Assembly: GCA_963835045.1 (NCBI GenBank)
Contig: CAWIDW010000005.1
Span: forward strand, 63,210 to 127,209
DNA: 64,000 nt
Direction: 5' to 3'
Origin: an uncultured bacterium
Lineage (GTDB): Bacteria; Patescibacteriota; Minisyncoccia; Minisyncoccales; Staskawiczbacteraceae
Part shown: piece by piece, positions 7,123 to 16,148 of the stretch
Position numbering within the stretch: the first letter of the stretch is position 1
Layout: the number at the start of each line of letters is the position of its first letter
The notes under the pieces: generated by a model
Told to the model about the DNA's origin: nothing
The model's input: only the letters and a program-made list of their open reading frames with translations
The model's database searches: none
Translations under genes and position numbers: made by a program

Positions 7123-8423
7123 CCCTGGGAATGGAACATTAATTTTTTACCCGGCTCACTGGTTCGCCTCGGTTTCCGAAATTGCTTTTTTATCAAAAAG
7201 CACCTCATATTTATATCTTTGGGCTCCAGGTATTTTTTAAGACGCTGAAAGCGTTTTTCCCATAAATGGTTCCTTAATTTATAGGTATTGGCATGACCAA
7301 AATGGCCGTAATAGGAATTAACGGTAGCGAGCATTTTTTGGAGCAGTTCGGGCGGTGGCTGGTATTTTGTAAAAATAAATTCCAACTGTCCGTGGTCGGT
7401 TGCGGAATTTGAATATTTTTGCAAAGTGTTATTGAAATGAAAGAGTTTATTTTTAAAAGTTTTAACAATCCTTTGGCGGATTAAAACGTCGTCGGGTTTG
7501 ACGATATAGCCGAGCCAGTCAATGCCAAGGTCGGTTGTTTGAAGGATTTCCTTATTGGGATTTAGTTCCAGCTTTAGCCGTTCTTTGAGAAATATGTTTA
7601 TTTTGTTTCGCCATTCCAATAATTCGCTTTTGCTGCTGGCGAGGAGCAGGAAATCGTCAACATAACGCAGGTAATATTTGATTTTTAACGTGTGTTTTAC
7701 GAATTGATCAAGTTCACTAAGGTAAACATTGGCAAAAAATTGGCTGGTAAGATTTCCGATGGGCAAACCCTGACCTTTAGAAACGTGAAACAATGATTTA
7801 TGGGGCGGAATTTTGGCAAAAAGCGCCCGATTGCCTTTACTGGTAAAGTTTTCTGTCGGATTGTTGAAAATAATCAGCTTGGACAACCAGAGGATTTCCG
7901 GATTGGCCACATATTTATTTATGAGATCAAAAAGAATGTCCTTTTTCAAACTCATGAAAAATCCGCGGATATCAAGGTGGAGATAAAATGCTTGACGGCG
8001 ATGATTTGCGGTGATCTTGCCAAGATATTTTTGCAAATCATGCAAGGATCGGTGGATACCCTTGTCCTTGCGGCAGGCATAGGATTGTGCAATGAACATT
8101 GGTTCAAAAACCGGTTCCAATAAATTGTAAAGCACATGGTGAACGACCCGATCCCGAAAGGTGGCTGCAAAAACCTCGCGCAATGACGGTTCTTCCACGA
8201 CAAAACAAATCGAGCGGCCGATCGTATAGCTGTGTCTTTGCAACTCCCGTTCCAGTTTCAGAAGTTCCGATTCAAAATGTATTTCAAATTTTGCCGCGTG
8301 ATACGTTTTACGTTTGTACTCCCGACAGTCCAAATAGGCCCGGTAAAGGTTTTTAAAACTGTAAATATTACAACCACCCTTTTCTCGGTTTTGTGTGGTT
8401 ATATGTGTGTACAAGTTTTTCAA
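7119..8423 (-). CDS. DGR-type reverse transcriptase
   Basis: FRDRVVHHVLYNLLEPVFEP, LPIGNLTSQFFANVYL (the [ILV]GxxxSQ motif characteristic of DGR RTs) and YLRYVDDFLLL (YxDD). Its stop overlaps the target gene stop by 4 nt (ctag). Confidence 0.8.
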   Translation of the reverse strand: MKNLYTHITTQNREKGGCNIYSFKNLYRAYLDCREYKRKTYHAAKFEIHFESELLKLERELQRHSYTIGRSICFVVEEPSLREVFAATFRDRVVHHVLYNLLEPVFEPMFIAQSYACRKDKGIHRSLHDLQKYLGKITANHRRQAFYLHLDIRGFFMSLKKDILFDLINKYVANPEILWLSKLIIFNNPTENFTSKGNRALFAKIPPHKSLFHVSKGQGLPIGNLTSQFFANVYLSELDQFVKHTLKIKYYLRYVDDFLLLASSKSELLEWRNKINIFLKERLKLELNPNKEILQTTDLGIDWLGYIVKPDDVLIRQRIVKTFKNKLFHFNNTLQKYSNSATDHGQLEFIFTKYQPPPELLQKMLATVNSYYGHFGHANTYKLRNHLWEKRFQRLKKYLEPKDINMRCFLIKKQFRKPRRTSEPGKKLMFHSQG

Positions 8424-8453
8424 TTATTTGTGTTATAATCTGTAAATACCAGT

Positions 8454-10172
8454 ATGAAACAAAAGATAATATTTAAAAGTTTAATTTTTATTATTACAGC
8501 GTTTTTTATAAACAGCGTTTTTTTGTCTTTGGCTTTCGCCGCCAGCAACACTACCGGCTACGCCTGGTCGGAATCTTCCGGTTGGATAAACTTCAATCCT
8601 TCCGGCCAAAATACACAGGTGGCAAGCACTGAGCTTACTGGCTACGCCTATGGAGAAAACACCGGCTGGATATCATTGAATTGCCTAAACGATACTTCCT
8701 GTGCCACCGTTAACTATGGGGTGGTCAATGATGGACAAGGCAACCTTTCGGGCTACGCCTGGTCACAATCTGCGGGCTGGATAAATTTTAATCCAACCAA
8801 CGGCGGAGTAAAAATCAGCAGCCAGGGTGTTTTTTCCGGCTACGCCTACGGCGAAAACACTGGTTGGATTTCTTTTAATTGTACCAACGACAATTCCTGC
8901 GCCACCGTAAGTTACGGCATCACCACCACCTGGAGCCCGTCAAGTTCCGCCCCTGCTCCTACCCCCGCTCCCGTCACTTCCGGCAGCGGAGGCGTTTCAC
9001 TTTTAATAGGAATCCAAAGTCATCCCTCAACTCCGCCTACCCCGAGTGTTCCTCCTAATCCTCCTTATGTAGCCCCTCCTGTCATTGCCGCCCTTCCTCC
9101 CTTCGCCCAAGACGTAGCCTTCTTTGCCCAAAGGATTCCACAGTTTAACCAGGCGCTCAAGAATGTTGGCATTAATGTTACCAAATTGACCGATATCAAA
9201 AGGGTTGCCTCCGTCCACTGGTTTTTGCCCGGTCTGACACAACTGGCAGTTTCTTCCAAGGCAACTTCAAAAACTCCCGCGCCTCCCGTGACCAAGGGAG
9301 TTCCGGTGGCGCAATTGACCTCCAGTCAAAAGAAAAGTATCCCTGATGATATCGTCTTCGTTAAAACCAGTGCGGGAACGGTAGACTACGCCACCAATCT
9401 TTCTTTTGACCAGCAAGGCAAGGGGATTCAGCAAGTTTCTACTATTGCCAACAAGCCGCTAGAGCTGGTTATCAAACCTGATCACCCCGTCACCTCCATT
9501 CAAGGATTTTTAACTTTGACAAAATTAGATGTCTCCCAGGCTCCTTCTACAAATTCTGTGGCTTCAGCTCCCTCTAGCTCCCAATCCATCGCCGAGCTCA
9601 TCACTCACTATCTTACTGCTTCTATTTCAGACTACCGCAACACCCAAATTAATCAGCCGCTCTCTCAAGCCGATCCTTCGCTGCTGGTTCAGAAATTTAC
9701 CTACCAAAATATGGGCAACGGTATTTACCAAGCTAGTATTACTGCTCCTTCCGCTGAAGGTCAATACGAAGTGGTGACTTCCATTTATTACCAGGGCAAA
9801 ACCCTCCCACAGCAAGAGACCCGACTGACCATCGTGGTGGATCCGGAGGGATATGTGTATACCAATGTTCCCGAAGGCCAGGTGAGAATTAAATCAGCTG
9901 CTGTTTCTCTTTACTGGCTCAACCCTGCTTCGGGCAAGCAACAGATCTGGCCGGCTTCCCAATTCTTACAACAAAACCCCCAAACTACGGATGTCACCGG
10001 ACGATACGCGTTTTTGGTCCCTCCCGGCACCTACCAGCTTAGGGTTTTAGCAAATAACTACCAAAACTACACTTCAGCTCCACTGGTAATCCAGGAGGAC
10101 AACAATGTTGTAATGGATGTCCAACTGATCGCCAAGAAGAAAAACTTGCTGCAGCAATTGTTGGGGAAGTAG
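8454..10172 (+). CDS. Secreted protein with GYAWSxxxGWINFN repeats and C-terminal carboxypeptidase-regulatory-like domain
   Basis: Signal peptide; four copies of G-Y-A-[WY]-[SG]-E-x-x-G-W-I-[NS]-[FL]-N; Pro-rich linker; C-terminal TDVTGRYAFLVPPGTYQLRV. Confidence 0.6.
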   Translation: MKQKIIFKSLIFIITAFFINSVFLSLAFAASNTTGYAWSESSGWINFNPSGQNTQVASTELTGYAYGENTGWISLNCLNDTSCATVNYGVVNDGQGNLSGYAWSQSAGWINFNPTNGGVKISSQGVFSGYAYGENTGWISFNCTNDNSCATVSYGITTTWSPSSSAPAPTPAPVTSGSGGVSLLIGIQSHPSTPPTPSVPPNPPYVAPPVIAALPPFAQDVAFFAQRIPQFNQALKNVGINVTKLTDIKRVASVHWFLPGLTQLAVSSKATSKTPAPPVTKGVPVAQLTSSQKKSIPDDIVFVKTSAGTVDYATNLSFDQQGKGIQQVSTIANKPLELVIKPDHPVTSIQGFLTLTKLDVSQAPSTNSVASAPSSSQSIAELITHYLTASISDYRNTQINQPLSQADPSLLVQKFTYQNMGNGIYQASITAPSAEGQYEVVTSIYYQGKTLPQQETRLTIVVDPEGYVYTNVPEGQVRIKSAAVSLYWLNPASGKQQIWPASQFLQQNPQTTDVTGRYAFLVPPGTYQLRVLANNYQNYTSAPLVIQEDNNVVMDVQLIAKKKNLLQQLLGK

Positions 10173-10383
10173 GATGCATAATAGAACAGCGAAAGAAATT
10201 AAACAGTTTGCAGGGGGGGTAATTTCAGAGATTTCACCAAACTGGAAACTCATATCAGGTTTTTGTAGACATAAAAAGGACGGACATACGAAATATCCGT
10301 CCCAAGTTTAGTGTCTTCATTATAGCAGTTAACGAGGCCGTGTCAATAGGGCTGAAAATGGCCTTTGGAATACTAAACCTAGG

Positions 10384-10420
10384 CCAATAAAGTGGTTTTA
10401 ATAGCTTTCAAAGCCCGCAG
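10384..10420 (+). repeat. 38-nt repeat, diverged copy 3
   Basis: ccaataaagtggttttaatagctttcaaagcccgcag; the first 14 nt are identical to copy 2, then ~9 substitutions. Confidence 0.6.
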
Positions 10421-10426
10421 TCTCGT

Positions 10427-11620
10427 GTGTTAACAGGGGCAAAGCTCTTGTTTTTTTGTTTTATTATTTTTATCTGGTTCTTTTTAATCTTTGGGGTATT
10501 TGATACAATGAGCGAAGTTCGTTGGGTGATAGGTTTTTTAATAACAACATCGTTGGGTGTTATGGTATCTATAAAACGGCAGTATGTTTTTAGGTTTTTA
10601 ATCGGGGTGATTTTTTTGATGGCGGCGGTGTATTATTGGCCGGCGTATCAGCGCCAGATTCCAAAGACCCGCCAAGAGTCTCAATACCAAGCTTCAACTG
10701 AAATACTTCAGACGCCGTTGCAGGCTCCTTTGACATTGGTGACCGAACCGGATGATGGTATGGCGATGGTAAAAAACCAGATAGACGGGGCCTTTAAAAC
10801 CTTGGACTTGGTTGTGTATGAATTTGAAGATCCCGAGCTTGAGCAAGCCTTAGTTGATGCAAAAAACCGCGGCGTTTTGGTGCGGGTTATTTTACAAAAT
10901 TTGGATTTTGCGGGCCAGCAAGTTAATCAGCCGGCGTACGATTTTTTAAAAAGCCATGGCGTGGCGGTGATGTGGGCGCAAGATTATTTTCCCTTAACTC
11001 ATCAAAAAACCTTAACCATAGACGGGGCGCGCTCTTTAATTATGACCTGTAATCTGGATACCCAATTTTATGCTTCAAGCCGGGATTTTATTGTAGTTGA
11101 TAGTAATCCAGACGATGTGGCTGCCATATCGGCGGCTTTTTTGTCGGATTGGAGCGGAGCGCAAGAGACGCCAGGCAATGGCCAGGATTTGGTGTGGAGT
11201 CCAGCGTCGGCTGATACTTTGTTGGCGTTAATTAATGCCAGTCAAACGTCGCTGGATATTTACAACGAAGAAATGGCCGACCCCAGAATCATTGAGGCTC
11301 TCAAGGAAGCGGCAAAAAGGGGAGTGGCGGTGAGAGTTGCCATGACTTACAACACCAGTTGGAAAGATGCTTTCAATGAATTAACATCGGCCGGCGTGAG
11401 CGTTCATACCTATGCTTCAACGTCCCGCCATTATATCCATGCCAAAGTCATGGTGGCGGATTTTCAACGGGCGTTTGTGGGTTCGCAAAATTTTTCTTTG
11501 CAATCGCTGGATTTAAATCGGGAACTTGGCATTTTAATTTCCCGCAGCGATATTGTTTCTTCCTTGGAAACAACGTTTGCCAATGATTGGCTTTCGTCGC
11601 GGCCTTACGTTATCAAATAG
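10427..11620 (+). CDS. Phospholipase D family protein (two HKD motifs; cardiolipin-synthase/Nuc-like), membrane anchored
   Basis: HQKTLTID and HAKVMVAD HxKxxxxD motifs; N-terminal TM helices. Start is uncertain (GTG 10427 or ATG 10508). Confidence 0.75.
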   Translation: MLTGAKLLFFCFIIFIWFFLIFGVFDTMSEVRWVIGFLITTSLGVMVSIKRQYVFRFLIGVIFLMAAVYYWPAYQRQIPKTRQESQYQASTEILQTPLQAPLTLVTEPDDGMAMVKNQIDGAFKTLDLVVYEFEDPELEQALVDAKNRGVLVRVILQNLDFAGQQVNQPAYDFLKSHGVAVMWAQDYFPLTHQKTLTIDGARSLIMTCNLDTQFYASSRDFIVVDSNPDDVAAISAAFLSDWSGAQETPGNGQDLVWSPASADTLLALINASQTSLDIYNEEMADPRIIEALKEAAKRGVAVRVAMTYNTSWKDAFNELTSAGVSVHTYASTSRHYIHAKVMVADFQRAFVGSQNFSLQSLDLNRELGILISRSDIVSSLETTFANDWLSSRPYVIK

Positions 11621-11631
11621 ATGTTGAGTTT

Positions 11632-11699
11632 GTCCCGAGGCTAAGCCTCGAGGCTTAGCCTCGGGACAAAAAACACGGGAGATTGTCCGTGTTTTTTTT
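11632..11699. terminator. Double hairpin bidirectional terminator between convergent genes
   Basis: Perfect palindrome gtcccgaggctaagcc tcga ggcttagcctcgggac, then acacgg..ccgtgt followed by a T8 run. Confidence 0.7.
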
Positions 11700-11719
11700 A
11701 AATTCAAGATTAAAATAAT

Positions 11720-12736
11720 TTAGTACGTGTTAAGCGGATAAAATATAGTGGGAGGAGTTTTGCGCCTTCTTGGGTATGGCGGGTATCGGCGTTGCGGAGG
11801 TTGGTAGTATTGGGCGGTTGTTACAGGATACTGGCTGGCAATGCTCACATAGAGTACGGCGCATGAGCCGCTGTTTTGGCAGACGGTAATGTTACTAGTT
11901 CCGGGAGTTTGGCCATAAACAATCAAAGTATTTTCGCTCACGTATGCCGAAGCAATTGATGAATTGGAATTATTGGAAACGTAGTAACTTCCGTTGCCGT
12001 AGATGCTCACCGATTGGTTTTGGCCGGCATTCAAATATATTGTAGTTTGACTCAATGAAAGTGGATACTGTTGATACTGGTATTGATAGGTGCCGCTGAC
12101 CGTCACATATAAACTGCCGCAAGAGGCGCCGCTGTTGGAGCAAACGCTAATGGTGCTGCTACCACTTTGGTTGCCATAAAGCGTAAGGATGTTGCCGCTG
12201 ATACTGGTTGCCACCAAACCGGAATTGTTTCCCATGTAATATCCACCACTGGCATATCCGCCGTAGATGGTGACGCTGGTGTTTTGGCCCACGGAAAGGT
12301 TAATACTGCTTTGGCTAAAATAAACTGTGTTATTGTAAGTCGTATTGTAGGTGTTGTAATTATTGTAGTTGTTGTAATTTTGGCTTGGCCAAGAAACTTG
12401 CGAAGATGAAATACCATCCACCATGACATAGACCAAAGAATTGGTGGGAATATTATAGGCGGTGTTGCTGATGGTGGTGGAAAAATATCCGCCGCTGTTG
12501 GTATATCCCAAAGTCGCCAGCGGATTGGCGCCATATTGATAGCTATTATATTGGTTACTGGTGGAGTATAAAACAACCGGAGCATTGGCGTCGCCCGTGA
12601 CCGTGACTTGCAAGGCATTGCTGTTTTGAATATACGAAACATACAATGTCGGCGTAGTTGTCGCACTTGCCAAAGAAGCTCCGCCAAAGCAGGCGAGCAA
12701 CGTGAAAGATGCAATAATGATATTTTTGGTGTTCAT
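11720..12736 (-). CDS. Secreted Asn/Tyr/Ser-rich protein with two Ig-like (BIG2-like) repeats
   Basis: Signal peptide MNTKNIIIASFTLLACFGGASLASA. Repeated ..GQN.SV.IYG...S.S..L.VYG...G.S.I.VC.NSG.C..LYV.. Confidence 0.6.
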   Translation of the reverse strand: MNTKNIIIASFTLLACFGGASLASATTTPTLYVSYIQNSNALQVTVTGDANAPVVLYSTSNQYNSYQYGANPLATLGYTNSGGYFSTTISNTAYNIPTNSLVYVMVDGISSSQVSWPSQNYNNYNNYNTYNTTYNNTVYFSQSSINLSVGQNTSVTIYGGYASGGYYMGNNSGLVATSISGNILTLYGNQSGSSTISVCSNSGASCGSLYVTVSGTYQYQYQQYPLSLSQTTIYLNAGQNQSVSIYGNGSYYVSNNSNSSIASAYVSENTLIVYGQTPGTSNITVCQNSGSCAVLYVSIASQYPVTTAQYYQPPQRRYPPYPRRRKTPPTIFYPLNTY

Positions 12737-12797
12737 ATTTTATCTATATCACAGGTTGGTATTTTTTGCCACCTTTTAAGGAAGGTTCGTTATGACA

Positions 12798-12826
12798 TTG
12801 ACATTATTTCAATTAAAGTGTAAAAT
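12798..12826 (+). promoter_or_regulatory. Sigma70-like promoter of GC-rich membrane-protein operon
   Basis: TTGACA (12798-12803), 17-nt spacer, TAAAAT (12821-12826). Confidence 0.5.
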
Positions 12827-12914
12827 ATAAAATGATGAACCTTGAAAAATAAACAGCTCTTTATCGCCTTGGTGGTGGTAAATCTGTTTAAGACACTTTT
12901 TGAAGGAGGTTCCC

Positions 12915-13478
12915 GTGGAATACTCTGATTTGATGCAGGTGTTACTCGTGGTGTTGGGGATGAATGGGGCATATCTGTGCTTTATAATCAGTGCACAGGA
13001 ACTCAACAAGAGTCTGCCCTCGCGCAACTCTATCATTCCGGGTACAAATCAGAAGTTTCTGTACGTCCAGGACTTCTGGACGATGACCTACGGCGACTTT
13101 CTGGGTGTGCCGCTCGTCGTCAATGCGTTCGTGCATTTGGCGGCGGACGACATCACCAACCTTTGGTGGACCCTGGGCATTGGTATGCTCAGCACCATGA
13201 TGTTTCTTAAGATGTGCCTTGGCAAAAACCACAAGCCGGATTACGGTTTTCCCGGTATCGGCAAGATTAGTTTTGCCGGCATCTTGCACCTACCTTATTT
13301 TGGTTTCGGAATTGGTGCCAGCGCCATGTCGGCCTGGAATCTCATCATCGGTGAACTTCGCGGTCCGGTCATGTGGGTTGCATTGGCTGGCGGAGCAGTC
13401 TATGTGGGGTGCTTCGTGCTCGAGATAAGATCGGGCAACTTCGATCCACTTAAAAAAAAGGAGATACCATGTTCATGA
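12915..13478 (+). CDS. Hypothetical polytopic membrane protein (GC-rich islet)
   Basis: GTG 12915 lies 6 nt after GAAGGAGG; several TM helices. Confidence 0.5.
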   Translation: MEYSDLMQVLLVVLGMNGAYLCFIISAQELNKSLPSRNSIIPGTNQKFLYVQDFWTMTYGDFLGVPLVVNAFVHLAADDITNLWWTLGIGMLSTMMFLKMCLGKNHKPDYGFPGIGKISFAGILHLPYFGFGIGASAMSAWNLIIGELRGPVMWVALAGGAVYVGCFVLEIRSGNFDPLKKKEIPCS

Positions 13479-13843
13479 ATCCTGGCGCGTTCTTCAAAGA
13501 ATTCGGCCTCTGTCTGGTCCTTTCTGCTGTAGCTTTCGCTCTGGTGTTAGGGGTGGCAGCCCTCTTTGATTTACCTTTAGTGCCGCCGCCAAACCTGCCA
13601 AAGCCTGGTGACCATGTCTACCTTATTTCGGAAGGGAAAATTGCCCAACATCACCGCCTGCCAAAAGGTGACCGCGTGCAATTGCGTGGCGGCGCATTAT
13701 TGTCTGGCCCAAGCGGTAAGGTAATTTCTTTTACCACCGTTGAGGGCGAATACATTGAGTGGAACGGCTTCTATCAGGTGACGACAAAGCCACTTGATGC
13801 AAAAGTCGGCGATCCATTTTCGTCGGAAAGGAAAGGGCAATGA
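13469..13843 (+). CDS. Hypothetical membrane-anchored protein (GC-rich islet)
   Basis: ATG preceded by AAGGAG; overlaps the upstream gene by 10 nt; one N-terminal TM helix. Confidence 0.5.
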   Translation: MFMNPGAFFKEFGLCLVLSAVAFALVLGVAALFDLPLVPPPNLPKPGDHVYLISEGKIAQHHRLPKGDRVQLRGGALLSGPSGKVISFTTVEGEYIEWNGFYQVTTKPLDAKVGDPFSSERKGQ

Positions 13844-13971
13844 GTTGGCCTGTAATTCTGCTCGTCTGCCTGGCGGTCGTTGTTCTTTTGAATGCCGCGG
13901 TAATCGCGTGGAACAGCTACGTGATTGCCATGGCTATCGGTTTTCTGCTTAGCCATTTGGGGCGGCGGTAG
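13840..13971 (+). CDS. 43-aa small membrane protein (not in ORF track)
   Basis: ATGA start/stop overlap with the upstream gene. MSWPVILLVCLAVVVLLNAAVIAWNSYVIAMAIGFLLSHLGRR has two hydrophobic segments. Confidence 0.4.
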   Translation: MSWPVILLVCLAVVVLLNAAVIAWNSYVIAMAIGFLLSHLGRR

Positions 13972-13978
13972 CAGCTAA

Positions 13979-14046
13979 GGGAGGCTGGACATTTGTTTGT
14001 CCGCCTCCCATTTATTTTACCAAGATTCAATTCTTGGTTTTTTTAT
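13979..14046 (+). terminator. Tandem rho-independent terminators
   Basis: gggaggc..gcctccc followed by atttatttt, then accaaga..tcttggt followed by a T-run. Confidence 0.65.
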
Positions 14047-14102
14047 TTGTATTTTTCTTGCAAAATAGTAGAATGATAGAATAAAATTAAATTTATAAAG
14101 TT

Positions 14103-15218
14103 ATGCCAACAGAAATTCCACAGAGAGACCCAGATGCACCCAACCAAGAAGTTTTAGAAAATCAGCCTCCGGTGCCAGAAGTTCCAAATGAGCAGATTGT
14201 AACCCCTGAAGACATGAAAAATGCAGAGACTAGAGCAGATGTGGCAAGATTAGAGGAAGACATTAATCAGACTACTGCTATTGATGAACTTAAGAAATCT
14301 ATAGAAAATTCGGAAGGCCAGGTGCCTAATCAGGAAACGGTTTCAGTTGACCAGCAAGCAGAGGCAGATGAAAAGGTTTTACAAAAACGTGTTGAAGAAA
14401 TTAAGCAAAGGGCAGGCGAGATTGGCGTTGCAACACCTGGGGTAAAAGAAAGGGGAGATTGGTTAGAATCTATCCAGCGCGAGATCGATAGAATGGAAAA
14501 TACTGGAATTGGGCGCGCTCATTTGGAGGAGCTTTCGCGGCTTCTCCAGGAATTTTCAAGTATCGTGTATTCCACAAAAGCCGAACGTGGAAAGTTGGCA
14601 GAAAACATCAGACTTAAAAATGATAAGCAGGAGCAGACAAATAGATATTGGCAAGACAAAGGAATTACCGCCAAAGAGTTTCCTGATCCGGAGGTGAGGT
14701 TGCTAGAACAATTAAAAATAGAAGGAGCTTTGCCAGACGATGCATTGCTTGCTGAATTAAAAATTTCATTGCCCGATATCTTATATTCTAAAGGTGAAAC
14801 AATAAGAAATCTGGAGTATTCCATACAGCAGAAAGAGAAAGAGGCAAAAGAGGCAGAAGGTAAATATATAAAGGATGCGCCCCGCGCAAGAGATGAAATC
14901 TTAAAAGAGGCAAACCTTTTTGCGCCCAGTGAAGGAGTTGATTATCTGAGTACTTCCTATGGTAAGGCTGCGAGCGAATACTTATATGGTAAAGAGTTTC
15001 AATCAGCGCCAGACAAGAAAAAGGCTTTTGCAAATTGGCGAGATGCATATTTGACTTCTGAGAATCAGGAAAGAGACCACCAAGAACGTGTCGCAATTGA
15101 TGAGCGTGGTAAAGCGCGGGCAACACAAAAGAAAGAACAAGAAGAAGAATTGAAACAAGAAAGAGTAGCTGCGGAACAAAAAAGGAATAAGAAAAGCTGG
15201 TATCAGTTTTGGAAATAA
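14103..15218 (+). CDS. Hypothetical acidic coiled-coil protein
   Basis: Long ORF, Glu/Lys-rich, no recognisable motif. Confidence 0.5.
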   Translation: MPTEIPQRDPDAPNQEVLENQPPVPEVPNEQIVTPEDMKNAETRADVARLEEDINQTTAIDELKKSIENSEGQVPNQETVSVDQQAEADEKVLQKRVEEIKQRAGEIGVATPGVKERGDWLESIQREIDRMENTGIGRAHLEELSRLLQEFSSIVYSTKAERGKLAENIRLKNDKQEQTNRYWQDKGITAKEFPDPEVRLLEQLKIEGALPDDALLAELKISLPDILYSKGETIRNLEYSIQQKEKEAKEAEGKYIKDAPRARDEILKEANLFAPSEGVDYLSTSYGKAASEYLYGKEFQSAPDKKKAFANWRDAYLTSENQERDHQERVAIDERGKARATQKKEQEEELKQERVAAEQKRNKKSWYQFWK

Positions 15219-15299
15219 AACAAATTAAATGACTACAGGCTTAGTGAAAGAAAAAATACTTCAGGCCTGTAAAAGGTTTCTGGAAAAATCATAATCTGT

Positions 15300-16133
15300 A
15301 TGAAATTTGAAAAAAAGATAATCACTATTGGCGGGAGGGATTTTTTTTATTGGGAGAAAAATTCGGGAGCTAAAGAGGTGGTGGTTTTTTTGCATGGGTT
15401 TCCGGGGAATCATCAAAGCATCTTGGATTTGGCTCATCGCCTTGATTTAAAAGACTATCGCTTTGTCATTCCCGACTTGCCGGCTTGCGGGCAATCAGAC
15501 TCGTTGCCAAGCAAACATAATCTGGAAAATTATAGCCAGTGGCTGGACGCTTTTTTAACCCAGACATCGGTGCCAAAGGCAGTATTAATTGGCCACTCAT
15601 TTGGCGCCCGGTTGGCCCTGGTTTTTGCCAGCCAACATCCAAAAAAAGTATCAAAGTTAGTTTTAATTACTCCGGTAGTAAAAGTCACCGGGCTGATTGC
15701 CAGGATTGTTTCCCTGGAATATGGCATTGCAAAACGCTTGCCCGACCACCTAAAAAAAATGTGGTTGACCCACGATTTACATCGCGAAATTGGCAACGCC
15801 ATTATTTTTAAATCCGCCAGCCCCAAAAAACGCCAGCTTTGTATTGACCGCGACATTACAGAAATGGCTCATTTGCGCCCTGAAATTAACATTGAACTTT
15901 TTGATGAATTCTACAAGTTTAGCCTAATTCCGATTGGCAAAAAAGTGGCTACGCCTTCGCTGGTCATTGCTGGCGACATTGATGAAGTGGCTCCCTTAGC
16001 TTCGGTGAAAGAATTGGCCGAACAGTTAGAAAACGTCACATTCAAGGTCATGGAACACGCCGGACATTTGCTGCCCATTGAAGAGCCCGAAACTACGGCT
16101 GGCGTCATAAAAAACTGGCTTGAAAAATCTTAA
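15300..16133 (+). CDS. Alpha/beta hydrolase fold protein
   Basis: VVFLHGFPGN oxyanion region and nucleophile elbow GHSFGA. Confidence 0.8.
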   Translation: MKFEKKIITIGGRDFFYWEKNSGAKEVVVFLHGFPGNHQSILDLAHRLDLKDYRFVIPDLPACGQSDSLPSKHNLENYSQWLDAFLTQTSVPKAVLIGHSFGARLALVFASQHPKKVSKLVLITPVVKVTGLIARIVSLEYGIAKRLPDHLKKMWLTHDLHREIGNAIIFKSASPKKRQLCIDRDITEMAHLRPEINIELFDEFYKFSLIPIGKKVATPSLVIAGDIDEVAPLASVKELAEQLENVTFKVMEHAGHLLPIEEPETTAGVIKNWLEKS

Positions 16134-16148
16134 CTATCAGAGCTTGAC

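Noticed and set aside
7119-8423. The RT as a retron or group II intron reverse transcriptase
   Set aside because: It has no maturase/X domain, no intron RNA domain V/VI-like sequence and no retron-type VTG/NAxxH motifs. It carries the DGR-type IGxxxSQ motif and sits next to a CLec/DUF1566-type target.
10174-10312. A 46-codon ORF (MHNRTAKEIKQFAGG..) in the spacer after the 8454..10172 gene
   Set aside because: It has no SD or promoter context and runs through a hairpin (ggacgga..tccgtcc) that looks like a terminator. Its composition is not protein-like.
12330-12400. An A-rich Asn/Tyr codon run (NYNNYNNYNTYNTTYNN on the minus strand) as a possible DGR template repeat
   Set aside because: It has no sequence similarity to the candidate VR (6995-7119) on either strand. 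It is simply a low-complexity segment of the surface protein.
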